DNA of 64,000 nt from Escherichia coli (GTDB lineage Bacteria; Pseudomonadota; Gammaproteobacteria; Enterobacterales; Enterobacteriaceae). The stretch lies in assembly GCA_005400705.1 (NCBI GenBank), contig GCA_005400705.1_4079.1, one strand, 5' to 3'. The notes below the pieces were generated by a model that saw only the letters and a program-made list of their open reading frames with translations, was not told the origin of the DNA and did not search any database. A program made the translations under genes and the position numbers. Shown in pieces: positions 46,505-56,716 of this stretch; positions within the stretch are counted from its first letter, which is position 1, and every line of letters begins with the position of its first letter.

Positions 46505-46864
46505 ATGGCTAAAACAATTTCTTTAAAAAATGAAAATGTAGGACAACGCAAAGATGGTTTCTTTGGTTTTTCTTGGACAACATTATTCTTTGGACCGTTC
46601 CCTGCATTGTTTCGTGGTGACTTTATTACGTTCATCGGTGCATTCGTAATTTACTTCATCCTCAACGCAGTGTCATTTTGGATTGTGGGTACAATTGCAA
46701 TGGTTGTATGGGCATTTCTTTATAATAAGTACTACACCGTGAATCTCATCAAGAATGGGTATAAATTCAATGGCACACATGAAGAAAATGCTGAAGCTGC
46801 AATGGCTTTGCAAATTGATTTGAATAAAAACAACACAGTTGATAAAAATAAAGATCCTGAATAA
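46505..46864 (+). CDS. membrane protein
   Basis: AGGAG before ATG 46505; several hydrophobic segments. Confidence 0.5.
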   Translation: MAKTISLKNENVGQRKDGFFGFSWTTLFFGPFPALFRGDFITFIGAFVIYFILNAVSFWIVGTIAMVVWAFLYNKYYTVNLIKNGYKFNGTHEENAEAAMALQIDLNKNNTVDKNKDPE

Positions 46865-47083
46865 ATGGAAAAATACGATATAATTTACGATTATTATGGT
46901 AAGGCTTATATGAAGTGTGGGCGTTATGTTGAACTCTCTAATAGAGAATCAATAGACCCCCACACTCTTATAACAATTCATAATTCGTACTATAAAAAAG
47001 TTACAATAGCTAATTTTGCAACATACGTAAATAATCCTTTATTTCCTTACATTATTCAGTACTACTGTAGAGTTATCAAATAA
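46865..47083 (+). CDS. hypothetical small protein
   Basis: ORF track. Confidence 0.45.
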   Translation: MEKYDIIYDYYGKAYMKCGRYVELSNRESIDPHTLITIHNSYYKKVTIANFATYVNNPLFPYIIQYYCRVIK

Positions 47084-47094
47084 GGTAAAAAGAA

Positions 47095-47505
47095 ATGTTA
47101 GCTGATGAATTTATGTCACTAAGTATCAAGATATTTGATATACTAGGTGATGAAACAGATTTCAATCTAAGCGACAAAGATATTCCATTGGAAGATGGTG
47201 GATACTTTTTTGCGATTGGAACTACGTATAATCTGGATCTTTCAAAGCCTATCAGTGATGATAGTGATTATAATGCAACAACATATTTTGATTTCCAGCT
47301 TGATGGACATAAAGAGCGTTTACTAACGTACAGACGTAAAGGTAGTTTCAATAGAACCGAGATTACAATAATGGATTTTGAAAAACGCATTGAACTAGCT
47401 AAGAAACATCCATTCATCAGTACTCATACATTTAATAGACTAATCGATCTATTAGATAATTATCCATATACAATCCGAGGGTCGTTACGTTTAAATGCAG
47501 AATGA
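47095..47505 (+). CDS. hypothetical protein (136 aa)
   Basis: ORF track. Confidence 0.5.
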   Translation: MLADEFMSLSIKIFDILGDETDFNLSDKDIPLEDGGYFFAIGTTYNLDLSKPISDDSDYNATTYFDFQLDGHKERLLTYRRKGSFNRTEITIMDFEKRIELAKKHPFISTHTFNRLIDLLDNYPYTIRGSLRLNAE

Positions 47506-47680
47506 AATCTTCAAAAAAGAATACGATGGTGAAAGTCTCTATGATATTCAAAGAGACGTACATGAAGCATTCGATTCAAGATTTAACCCATTAGCTGAAC
47601 AAATCCCACAAGATGAGTTTGGTTTTCAGGAAGGCACTTTCACAGTGACTATTACATGGAGTCCAGATGAGACTAGCTAA
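47495..47680 (+). CDS. hypothetical small protein
   Basis: ORF track. Confidence 0.4.
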   Translation: MQNEIFKKEYDGESLYDIQRDVHEAFDSRFNPLAEQIPQDEFGFQEGTFTVTITWSPDETS

Positions 47681-47783
47681 ACTTGTCATAGGTTGTAGTG
47701 CACTTGCTGCATATATGCTTTTTTCCGCACCAACCAATGTATTACTGTTAATTTGGGCAGTTGTTATATTAGCAGTACTTTAA

Positions 47784-47806
47784 AGCACCCTAGTGGTGCT
47801 TTTTCT
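47784..47806 (+). terminator. rho-independent terminator
   Basis: stem AGCACC...GGTGCT followed by TTTTCT. Confidence 0.65.
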
Positions 47807-47875
47807 ATTTGTGCAAATAAAAACCAATGTGACTTTTCCTTGATATAGGTCAAGAGAAATAACCTGTTCTGACGC

Positions 47876-47881
47876 TATAAT
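47876..47881 (+). promoter_or_regulatory. -10-like TATAAT upstream of nrdD
   Basis: TATAAT hexamer; no convincing -35. Confidence 0.3.
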
Positions 47882-47942
47882 GTTGTCTGGTGATATTAAA
47901 TATCTTCACCCCCAGATGATTTCAAAATACAAGGAATGTACA

Positions 47943-49748
47943 ATGCAATTAGATAAATTATATACTGACGTAACGAATTTCCTCAATCAGAGCAATACTG
48001 ATCTTACCAACGAAAATGCGAACAAAGATGCGAAATGCGTCAATACACACAGGGATTTACTTGCAGGTATCCTATCTAAGCATTATTCACAAGATGTTAT
48101 TCCAAATGAGCTAATGCAGTGGCATAATGATGGTTATGGTCATATTCATGATTTAGACTACTATATCAGCCCATTAACCAACTGTTGCTTAGTTAACTAC
48201 CCAGATATGCTAAAAAATGGATTTACCATTGGTTGTGCCAAAATTGAAGAACCAAAGAGTTTTAGTGTAGCATGTACAGTACTGACACAGATTGTACAAG
48301 CTGTAGCTAGTTCCCAATACGGCGGTCAATCGTTGGCTCACATTGATGTCGGTTTAGAACCTTACGTTCAAAAGTCATGGGATAAGCTGTTAGAAAAACA
48401 AAAGAAATATAATCTAAGTGATGAGTTCATTGAAGAAGAATTACGAAAAGAAGTATACGATGGATGTCAAACATTACTTTACCAGACTAATTCAATGATT
48501 AGCACTAATGGACAAGCTGCATTCATTTCTCTTAGTTTAGGGCTTAATACTTCTAAATTTGGTAAATTAATCACTGAACAGTACTTAAAAGTTCATGAGA
48601 ATGGTTTAGGTAAAGATAAGATTACTCCAGTGTTTCCTAAAGTAATTTTCTTTTTACAAGATGGTATAAACATGAATACCAATGATAGTAATTATGACCT
48701 TAAACAGTTAGCTATGCGTTGTGCATCAAAACGAATCTACCCAGACTTTGTTTCAGTTCCATTAAATCACAAAGTGACGGGAAGTAGTAGTACTGCTGTA
48801 ACACCGATGGGATGTCGTTCATTCTTAGGAAAATGGGAAGATTCAAATGGAAATGAACAATACAACGGTCGTTTCAATTTAGGTGTGGTTTCTATCAATT
48901 TACCTCTAATTGCTCTTGAGAGTGATTCTGATGGAGAGTTTTTTGATAAGATAGACGAGCATATGAATATTGCATATCGTGCTCAGATGAACCGTGTGGA
49001 GCGTTTAAAAGGCACTAAAGCGAAGCAGAATCCAATTTTGTTCATGGAAGGTGCATTAGCACGTTTAGGTGCAGAAGAAACCATTGACAAGCTATTTTAC
49101 AATGGTTATGCTAGTATTAGTATTGGTTATGTTGGTCTTGTTGAATGTTCAGAAATCCTCACTGGTTCTATCAGTAAGGAGTTTTGTATGTCAGTACTGA
49201 ATTATATGAAAGTAAAATGTGATGAGTTCAAAAAAGAAAGTAATATTGCTTTTAGTCTATATGGAACTCCAGCAGAGTCGCTTTGTTATAAATTTGCACG
49301 TTGCATTGAAGCAAAATATCCTTCAGTACTAAAACGTGATTACATCACAAATTCCTTCCATCAACCAGTATGGGTAGAAAGTTCTCCATTTGATAAATGG
49401 AGTTATGAAGAAGGGTTTGCTTACCTAAGTAACGGTGGAAACATCAGTTATGTTGAATCTCCAAACTTAGCAAACAACATTCAAGCACTTGAAACATTAG
49501 TTAACTATGCGTACACTAAGATACCATATTTTGGTATTAACCAACCAGTTGACCATTGTTATGAATGTGGCTTCCAGGGTGAGTTCAGTGTAGATAAACA
49601 TGGTTTCCACTGTCCTGTATGTGATAATCGTAATGAGAAGACAATCTCAGTGATTCGTCGTGTTTCTGGGTACTTGGGTAATCCTTCTTCGCGTGGCTTC
49701 AATAAAGGCAAGCAACAAGAGTGTTGTGAGCGTATTCAGCACAAATAA
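47943..49748 (+). CDS. nrdD: anaerobic ribonucleoside-triphosphate reductase (class III)
   Basis: C-terminal zinc ribbon CYECG...CPVCD and glycyl-radical motif RRVSGYLGN; AAGGAA before ATG 47943 (ORF-track start 47880 overlaps the -10). Confidence 0.9.
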   Translation: MQLDKLYTDVTNFLNQSNTDLTNENANKDAKCVNTHRDLLAGILSKHYSQDVIPNELMQWHNDGYGHIHDLDYYISPLTNCCLVNYPDMLKNGFTIGCAKIEEPKSFSVACTVLTQIVQAVASSQYGGQSLAHIDVGLEPYVQKSWDKLLEKQKKYNLSDEFIEEELRKEVYDGCQTLLYQTNSMISTNGQAAFISLSLGLNTSKFGKLITEQYLKVHENGLGKDKITPVFPKVIFFLQDGINMNTNDSNYDLKQLAMRCASKRIYPDFVSVPLNHKVTGSSSTAVTPMGCRSFLGKWEDSNGNEQYNGRFNLGVVSINLPLIALESDSDGEFFDKIDEHMNIAYRAQMNRVERLKGTKAKQNPILFMEGALARLGAEETIDKLFYNGYASISIGYVGLVECSEILTGSISKEFCMSVLNYMKVKCDEFKKESNIAFSLYGTPAESLCYKFARCIEAKYPSVLKRDYITNSFHQPVWVESSPFDKWSYEEGFAYLSNGGNISYVESPNLANNIQALETLVNYAYTKIPYFGINQPVDHCYECGFQGEFSVDKHGFHCPVCDNRNEKTISVIRRVSGYLGNPSSRGFNKGKQQECCERIQHK

Positions 49749-49756
49749 GGTAAATT

Positions 49757-50089
49757 ATGGATTTAAAGCCAATTGTGGTTAACAAATACAAAGAACCGTA
49801 TGATGTGTATATTGGACGTGGGTCTAAATGGGGAAACCCATTTACCCATATTAAAGATAAACAAACCAAAGCCGAGTTCATTGTTAGTACAAGAGAAGAA
49901 TCAATTGAAAAATTCAGAGAATACATTATTGAACGTATTTCTTGTGGAGAAGTTAAGATTGATGAATTACTTGAACTCGCAGGGAAACGCCTTGGTTGTT
50001 TCTGTAAACCAAAATCATGTCACGGCGATGTTCTTGTCGAAATAGTGAGTGCAATATTAGATGAATTACCAGACGATAATCAAGGATGA
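49757..50089 (+). CDS. hypothetical protein between nrdD and nrdG
   Basis: ORF track; GRGSKWGNPF motif. Confidence 0.5.
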   Translation: MDLKPIVVNKYKEPYDVYIGRGSKWGNPFTHIKDKQTKAEFIVSTREESIEKFREYIIERISCGEVKIDELLELAGKRLGCFCKPKSCHGDVLVEIVSAILDELPDDNQG

Positions 50090-50531
50090 TTTAGTAAATG
50101 GAGAGGGCGTTCGCTGCTCTTTATTTGTTAGTGGGTGTTCGCACGGATGTGATGGTTGCTTCAATGAAGAAGCATGGGATTACAGAAGTGGTCAATTGTT
50201 CAGTACTGAAACAGTTGAGATTATACTACAGGAACTAAAAAAACCATATGTTAGTGGTTTGTCACTTCTAGGCGGCGATCCATTAATGAAAAAGAATATA
50301 GATGAAGTTTTAAATCTATGCAAAGTAGTTAAAGAAACTTATCCTAGTAAAACTATTTGGTGCTGGAGTGGGTATACTTTAGATGAGATTATGAAAAATC
50401 ATGCTAAAGATATACTTCAGTACTTAGATGTATTAGTTGATGGTAAGTTTATTGAGTCCGAAAAGAATTTAAAATTACCTTTTCGTGGTTCAAATAATCA
50501 AAGAATACTATATAAAAATAAAGATTTTTAG
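50061..50531 (+). CDS. nrdG: anaerobic ribonucleotide reductase activating protein (radical SAM)
   Basis: CSHGCDGCFN radical-SAM cysteine cluster; adjacency to nrdD. Confidence 0.85.
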   Translation: MNYQTIIKDDLVNGEGVRCSLFVSGCSHGCDGCFNEEAWDYRSGQLFSTETVEIILQELKKPYVSGLSLLGGDPLMKKNIDEVLNLCKVVKETYPSKTIWCWSGYTLDEIMKNHAKDILQYLDVLVDGKFIESEKNLKLPFRGSNNQRILYKNKDF

Positions 50532-50533
50532 CA

Positions 50534-50558
50534 TAAGCACCCGTTGGGTGCTTTTTTA
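50534..50558 (+). terminator. rho-independent terminator
   Basis: stem AAGCACCC...GGGTGCTT followed by TTTTTT. Confidence 0.75.
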
Positions 50559-50564
50559 TTATGT

Positions 50565-50572
50565 ATATAAAT
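50565..50572 (+). promoter_or_regulatory. T4-type late promoter TATAAATA
   Basis: exact TATAAATA ~35 nt upstream of first tail-fibre-like gene. Confidence 0.45.
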
Positions 50573-50607
50573 ACATTAACTAATATCTAATTTATAAGGG
50601 ATATATA

Positions 50608-53304
50608 ATGTCAAAGAAAATATATGGTGGCTTAGATGTCACACATAATGTGACAGTTAATGGTAAAAGAACAATTCAAGGAATAAATGAACAAGTTTTT
50701 GATTCCAACGGTAACTTGGAATTAGATACTTATTCCAGAGATGAAGTACTAGATATAGTAAGTATGATACCAATCTCCCATTATGGTTCACAAAACTATC
50801 TACCTGCGGGTGTTTCTGGGGATTTCAATGGTGCATCAGAAAACCAGTCACAACGTAGAAATAAAATTTTATTAGAAAACGATGGTACACTAGTGCTTTT
50901 ACGTAGTGGGACAAACGGTAGTGTTGAGGGATTATTTTATTCATATTTGGCTAACGCATTATCAGTTGATGACATGAGCCGTACAATTAACACCAGTCGT
51001 CAATACAAGCCTGGGTTTTTTGGTTCAAATAGAGTTGCGATTGGTTTATACAATACTGATCCAAATATTTTACTCGGTAGATATATTGATACTTCTAACA
51101 GTACTAATGGTTTGTTCATATCAATTACCAATGGTACATTAGATGATAAATTGCATACTGGTTTTTTCGTTAACCAAGCAGATATATCACCGGAAGGTGG
51201 TATTGAATATGCTATGATGGCAGAAGATGGTTCTATATATGTTTTTAACGTACTTAATGAAAATAACCAACTACAATTAGTTGTTGTTAAAGTTGTTTAT
51301 AATATAAGCAATGGTACTTATACTGCAACTCGAATTACTGGATGGACTACTAAAACATTTTATAACACGACATATTCTGCACAAAATAATATGGTTATTA
51401 CTAATCAGGTAACATCAACAAATATTGCTGATAAACCTTATGCTTATGTCCCACAAAATCTACGCGGTATTGGGATTTACATGACATCAATTGATTTATA
51501 TGTTGCACAGCAGCCAGGAACGCAGAATTTCCGCTTTAGAATGAACGGGGATGCTTGGTTTACAATGGCAACATATAATACACGTCCACAGCATAGTTAC
51601 AGTTTTGTGTTCAATATGAGTACTAAACAATGTACATTAGATGCAGGTAACGATATTGGTTCATATCAAGCACCATTAGTTATAACTAATACTGGTTCGG
51701 CATTAGTTCCTACTGGTAACGTTTTAAATAACGATCCATTGTATAACCATGCAAATGCAAGAAACATTTATAGTTCATATTTTTATTTGAATTCTGGTGA
51801 AGCTTTTTGTACTGCATGTCCAAACTTAGCAGAACCATTACTTATGCAAAAAGCTAAGTTTCCTATTCAAATAGTTTATAGTATGCTGAATGTCCGTGCT
51901 GTACTTTCTACTGACTTCAAAGGTGGTATAGTTCGCCCGTCTTTTGGTTCAGCGGTTGGTTCATTTATTAATGGTGTAGAATTACTACCAGATAACAGTA
52001 CTAAACAATATTCACGTGCATCAGGTAGTGGTGGATTTAGACCATCATATGCAGTTCATAAAAGTACTCCTAATTTTACATTTAAATCATTATCTTTAGG
52101 AACAATACAAGGTTATGAACCTACAGTTGAACGTGCTAATGTTGATGATAATGCAAATAATAGAATTTTTATTAGTAGTATTTCTGGGTCAACTGTCACA
52201 ACCAATGGTGGTATTTTTATGGTTGGGCAACGTTATTCACAATCATTATCCTATGATAAAAACTTAAATGGCACAGGAATTATAAGCGTTACACAATCAG
52301 TACTGGACAATTTTAGAAATACTGAATATGCCAAAGTTCTAAGTGATTGGAATTTATCAGCACAAGCATACCGTGATATGACACTATTTGTTCCACAACA
52401 AACAGACATTCCAGCTTTTGTTATGTTGAGTACAATTACTAATGATTATAGAAACTATATTAGAATTGCTGAAGTTAATGTCAATACTAGAGTTGGTAAT
52501 ATTACATCTATTACATTTAAGCGTTTAGTACTTGAGAATACGTATGGTAATAACTTTACACCAACTGGGAATGGTTCGATTGCATCTTCTTCTGTTGGTT
52601 TGACCATATATGATGGTGGTTCATTCTACTTCATTGGTGGTTCTGACCCATTATCACATCCAACAATAGGTAATACTGCAACTCATCAATTTAGAGCATA
52701 TGTAACTAAATCAACTGCACAATTTACAAGTTTTATAATTACTGGATCTCATGCCAGTTATGAACAAGGAAGTCAACCAGCAGCATTACCTGGTATTGGT
52801 TTTGGAATTTTTGAACCAATGGATTACTCAAATAAAATGACATTCAAAAAATATGGAACAACGATTGCAGACTATAATAACTGGACTGCACAAGGTAGCC
52901 CAATTAACGTAGTATCCCAGGACGTTGCTCAAGGGTTTATTGTATATTTTACAGAGGAAACACCAGTTATTCTTTCAGGTAAGTCATTTTCACTACCAGT
53001 TTCAAATATTGATTTGAGAACTATTAAGTCTAATCCAGCAAATACAACATTTTATGTATATGTTAAATTGGAACAAGGATTGGCAAACTATTACATAACT
53101 ACTGATGTTATTTCTGAAACAGGAACAACTGCATATAATATTTTTTGGATAGGTACAATTCAAACTAATGCAATTCAAATCGAAACAATTAATATACAAA
53201 AACGTTCCCGTTTAGATATATTTGGTGCTTCACTTGAATCAGCAGGTTCATCGTTCCCAGTTAGCTACGGTCTACCATCACAAACAGGAACCATAAACTG
53301 GTAA
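50608..53304 (+). CDS. tail-fibre-like / receptor-binding structural protein, paralog 1 (898 aa)
   Basis: AAGGG before ATG; long Asn/Thr/Ser/Gly-rich sequence; conserved N-terminal block (DGTLVLLRSGTNGS) and C-terminal tail (GSSFPVSYGLPSQTGTINW) shared with next two genes. Confidence 0.5.
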   Translation: MSKKIYGGLDVTHNVTVNGKRTIQGINEQVFDSNGNLELDTYSRDEVLDIVSMIPISHYGSQNYLPAGVSGDFNGASENQSQRRNKILLENDGTLVLLRSGTNGSVEGLFYSYLANALSVDDMSRTINTSRQYKPGFFGSNRVAIGLYNTDPNILLGRYIDTSNSTNGLFISITNGTLDDKLHTGFFVNQADISPEGGIEYAMMAEDGSIYVFNVLNENNQLQLVVVKVVYNISNGTYTATRITGWTTKTFYNTTYSAQNNMVITNQVTSTNIADKPYAYVPQNLRGIGIYMTSIDLYVAQQPGTQNFRFRMNGDAWFTMATYNTRPQHSYSFVFNMSTKQCTLDAGNDIGSYQAPLVITNTGSALVPTGNVLNNDPLYNHANARNIYSSYFYLNSGEAFCTACPNLAEPLLMQKAKFPIQIVYSMLNVRAVLSTDFKGGIVRPSFGSAVGSFINGVELLPDNSTKQYSRASGSGGFRPSYAVHKSTPNFTFKSLSLGTIQGYEPTVERANVDDNANNRIFISSISGSTVTTNGGIFMVGQRYSQSLSYDKNLNGTGIISVTQSVLDNFRNTEYAKVLSDWNLSAQAYRDMTLFVPQQTDIPAFVMLSTITNDYRNYIRIAEVNVNTRVGNITSITFKRLVLENTYGNNFTPTGNGSIASSSVGLTIYDGGSFYFIGGSDPLSHPTIGNTATHQFRAYVTKSTAQFTSFIITGSHASYEQGSQPAALPGIGFGIFEPMDYSNKMTFKKYGTTIADYNNWTAQGSPINVVSQDVAQGFIVYFTEETPVILSGKSFSLPVSNIDLRTIKSNPANTTFYVYVKLEQGLANYYITTDVISETGTTAYNIFWIGTIQTNAIQIETINIQKRSRLDIFGASLESAGSSFPVSYGLPSQTGTINW

Positions 53305-53315
53305 AGGATTACATA

Positions 53316-53903
53316 ATGGCATATAAAATAAGAGCAGACCTTAAGGCAATGCAACAAGTTACAGTTCAGGGTAAAAGTACTGGTCTTGGTGTATTAGGTA
53401 ATAATATGACTTATTACCCAACAAATTCAAATGGGGAATGTACATTCCCCTCTATTACCAAAGATGAAGTTAACTTTATTGTCAATGGATTACCACTTAC
53501 ACAATACGGAGAATTGTATGATGACGCTAGTCTAAATATTACTTCATCAGGCTATAGTCTTACATTTAATAGACAGATACCATCATTTATTGGTGGTTAT
53601 CTTTATAAATTTCCAGCAGTTTCTATTTTTGCTTCAACTGTTTCATCTGGAACACAAACACAATACGTATATGCAACGTTAGTTCTCGGTGAACCAATTT
53701 ATAAAATATCACCAACACAAATACAAGAATCTGAAATTATAATGTTTATTGGAACACTGACCGTTGGTACAAGTGGTATTACAAATATAAACATTAATAA
53801 AGTATCCAGATTTAGTACATATAGACCTAGTGTTACACAAAAAGGTTCTTCATTCCCAGTCAGTACTGGAAAACCATCAGAAACTGGTACAATTGGTTGG
53901 TAA
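53316..53903 (+). CDS. short paralog of tail-fibre-like family (195 aa)
   Basis: AAAGGA before ATG; C-terminus GSSFPVSTGKPSETGTIGW. Confidence 0.5.
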   Translation: MAYKIRADLKAMQQVTVQGKSTGLGVLGNNMTYYPTNSNGECTFPSITKDEVNFIVNGLPLTQYGELYDDASLNITSSGYSLTFNRQIPSFIGGYLYKFPAVSIFASTVSSGTQTQYVYATLVLGEPIYKISPTQIQESEIIMFIGTLTVGTSGITNININKVSRFSTYRPSVTQKGSSFPVSTGKPSETGTIGW

Positions 53904-53919
53904 ATTAAGGAAAAGAAAG

Positions 53920-56649
53920 ATGTCATCAAAACGAATTATAGGAAGTGCCGAGATCCTTGGGAACTTGGCAATTGGACAAAGGTACGCTATGCGTACTTTT
54001 AATGGAACCTCACCGAATGCCAATACTGGAATTGTTCAATATCCAATATATAAGCGTTCAGAAGTTCAAAGTATTTTAGATATGTTGCCTATATCACGTG
54101 TAGGAGAAATGGATTACTTACCATTAAACGTAAGTGGATCGTATGAAGGTGCTACACCTATGTCAAGTGACCAAGTAGTTCAGCCAACAATTATTGAAGA
54201 TGATGGAACCGCCGTTGTTCTGCGTAGCGGAACCAATGGTAGTACTAAAGGTTTTTATTATTCATTTATACGAGATCTCCGAAATATAACTATGATTTCA
54301 CAAGAAAGTGTTATTTCAACCAATTCAATGTATAAACCTTCAATTATGAGTAGTACTGAAAATATTAAGTATTTTATTGGCTCTAATGGTTATGAGATGC
54401 TTGGATGTTTAAGTACTGAAGATAATTATATTTTTACTATAACCAATGGCACATTTAACGAAATATCACATATTCATGCTAAAGTTCCAAGTACTTCTTT
54501 TGGTAATGATATGCCAATATATACACATATTGTTGGGACAAAGGTTTATATTTGGTGTAAAGATAAAAGTGTTTCTAATTTAGGATTAGCACTTTCAATT
54601 TATACAGTAGAGCTAAGTGATGTGAAAGCAAGCTCAATGGCATCATTAACAAAAGTTACTGGGTTATCAGGTCAAACTGTTCGAAACACAAGTTATTCTG
54701 CATCTAATAACATAAGAGTGTTCGATAAATTATATAGTGTTGGTACTAGCTCGGATTCATTATTCGAAGTTACATCACCAGTATCACGTGTAGAATTTTC
54801 AGACTATACAGACTTTAACATTCAAGCCAACGTTAGTCCTGATTTATCAAAAATACGTGTAACTTTATATCCAACACATCGAATGGTTACACCTTTGTAT
54901 ATTTCAACAGTTTATGGTACTGGAATAAGTTTTGTTTATAATATAAACTCAAAATCTATGTCACTAGATGGTAGTGCTCGTGCACCTGCAACTGTTTCAT
55001 ATAATAATGGATTTCAAGTTTCTAACCCATTTGAAATTAATATGGTCAACTTCACAGGGACAACTGCTGCTGGTGTATTAGGAAACGCAGGTGGTTTATG
55101 TCAAACTAAAGATGGTTTGGTATTTGCATCTAAATTTAGATGGAGTTCAACTGAATTTTATGGTCTACAACGATATAAGGTTAGTGGGACACCGTTTGAT
55201 TCATGGGTTGCCAGTACTAGAACCGCAAGTAACGTTATAAATGCAAACGTTTTACCAGTTTTTGGTAGTGCTGTTGGTGCAAACCTTTTAGGTGTACGTT
55301 TCATCGATAATAGAAAAATATTATTAGCATGTTCTGGTACGTATGATGATGTAACATATAATTATAATAATACTGTTTTTTCTGAAATAGGTTCACAACC
55401 AACATATCAATATAACTCAGTTCAAAATAATACTACATTAAATGGTTTTGCACCACAATCTAATCGTAAACAAATAGGCGATGATTTTACATACACTGCT
55501 ATGATTTCTCTTGTTGATACCGATGGTAGTGTTAGATGCTATGGAACATCATTCATTGAAGGTGTATATAAAACAAGTGGTGGATTATTAAACCCAGATA
55601 CTTTAGAATTTGATGAAACATATACAATAGAACCAACGGTATTAGAATCATTAAAACAAGATATTTTTGCTAATCTAGGAAACTCTGGCATTGTTGGTAC
55701 ACTATCTGGACAAATTGTATTATATTATGTACCTGATAATACTTTTTCTAAATCCATCGCAGTAGTTTCAGCATATAATCTTAACAATAACCAAGGTTAT
55801 GCAATCTATGCCGAAGTTGATGTTGTATTATCTGGAACTAACATAACTTCAGCTACATTGGTGAGTACTAGATATGAGACACTTAGTTCTGTTACAGGAA
55901 TTATTACTGAAGCATATATGAAACGTTGTACTGGTCTAACAGTTGCAAAATATTCAGGATTTGGTTACATTGGTGTTGATGCTGTTCATCAATTTTCACA
56001 ACCAGGTAATGCACAATTTAAGATGATGATAGCTAAAACAGTAGATGGTGTCATAACATCAAATCGTTTTTTATCATCTAGTTACATCCAACTTGGTGCA
56101 GCATATCAACATGGTGTTATTCCTGGTGTTGGTTTTGGATATTACAATTTTCAAGATTCTGACTATCAAACCAAATCTGTATTCAGCGTTTTTGGTACAA
56201 CATCTGCTGAAATGGATGGTTTAATTAGTGGAAATGGTAGCGTTAAAGAAAAGATTGTGGTAGTATCACAAGACGTTGCACAAGGATTCTCAGTGTACTT
56301 TACACGTGAAGTTCCGGTGTTTTTAGGTGGAATTTTCGACAGACTACCTATACAAAGTGTTGATTTAAGTACTGTAAAAAGTAACCCAGCTAATACTACG
56401 TTCTATTTGTATATACAAATGAACAGGAATACTAAGAAGGCGTCATATGTTATTAGTACTGAAACAATTGATGAATCTTTAACTAGCACTTACATTGGTA
56501 AGATAGTTACTGGAACTTCAGGAATAACTTCAATTGATACAGAAAAAGTAACTCGTTTTTTGACATATCGTCCAAGTACAACGAAACGTGGTTCAGCGAT
56601 ACCTGCCAGTACTGGTGTACCATCAGGTCCAGGTACACGTTGGAAATAA
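53920..56649 (+). CDS. tail-fibre-like / receptor-binding structural protein, paralog 2 (909 aa)
   Basis: AAGGA before ATG 53920 (ORF-track start 53830 overlaps upstream gene); DGTAVVLRSGTNGS and C-terminus GSAIPASTGVPSGPGT. Confidence 0.5.
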   Translation: MSSKRIIGSAEILGNLAIGQRYAMRTFNGTSPNANTGIVQYPIYKRSEVQSILDMLPISRVGEMDYLPLNVSGSYEGATPMSSDQVVQPTIIEDDGTAVVLRSGTNGSTKGFYYSFIRDLRNITMISQESVISTNSMYKPSIMSSTENIKYFIGSNGYEMLGCLSTEDNYIFTITNGTFNEISHIHAKVPSTSFGNDMPIYTHIVGTKVYIWCKDKSVSNLGLALSIYTVELSDVKASSMASLTKVTGLSGQTVRNTSYSASNNIRVFDKLYSVGTSSDSLFEVTSPVSRVEFSDYTDFNIQANVSPDLSKIRVTLYPTHRMVTPLYISTVYGTGISFVYNINSKSMSLDGSARAPATVSYNNGFQVSNPFEINMVNFTGTTAAGVLGNAGGLCQTKDGLVFASKFRWSSTEFYGLQRYKVSGTPFDSWVASTRTASNVINANVLPVFGSAVGANLLGVRFIDNRKILLACSGTYDDVTYNYNNTVFSEIGSQPTYQYNSVQNNTTLNGFAPQSNRKQIGDDFTYTAMISLVDTDGSVRCYGTSFIEGVYKTSGGLLNPDTLEFDETYTIEPTVLESLKQDIFANLGNSGIVGTLSGQIVLYYVPDNTFSKSIAVVSAYNLNNNQGYAIYAEVDVVLSGTNITSATLVSTRYETLSSVTGIITEAYMKRCTGLTVAKYSGFGYIGVDAVHQFSQPGNAQFKMMIAKTVDGVITSNRFLSSSYIQLGAAYQHGVIPGVGFGYYNFQDSDYQTKSVFSVFGTTSAEMDGLISGNGSVKEKIVVVSQDVAQGFSVYFTREVPVFLGGIFDRLPIQSVDLSTVKSNPANTTFYLYIQMNRNTKKASYVISTETIDESLTSTYIGKIVTGTSGITSIDTEKVTRFLTYRPSTTKRGSAIPASTGVPSGPGTRWK

Positions 56650-56655
56650 ATTTAA

Positions 56656-56684
56656 AGCTCGTCTATTGACGGGCTTTTCTTTTA
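56656..56684 (+). terminator. rho-independent terminator
   Basis: stem AGCTCGTC...GACGGGCT (one G-U pair) followed by TTTTCTTTT. Confidence 0.65.
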
Positions 56685-56688
56685 TGTG

Positions 56689-56694
56689 TATAAT
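56689..56694 (+). promoter_or_regulatory. -10-like TATAAT
   Basis: GTGTATAATTG upstream of gene at 56717. Confidence 0.3.
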
Positions 56695-56716
56695 TGAATA
56701 AAAATAGGAGGAAATT

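Noticed and set aside
47943-49748. Group I intron in nrdD, as in T4
   Set aside because: The nrdD reading frame is continuous from the N-terminal region to the glycyl-radical motif with no interrupting stops or structured insert.
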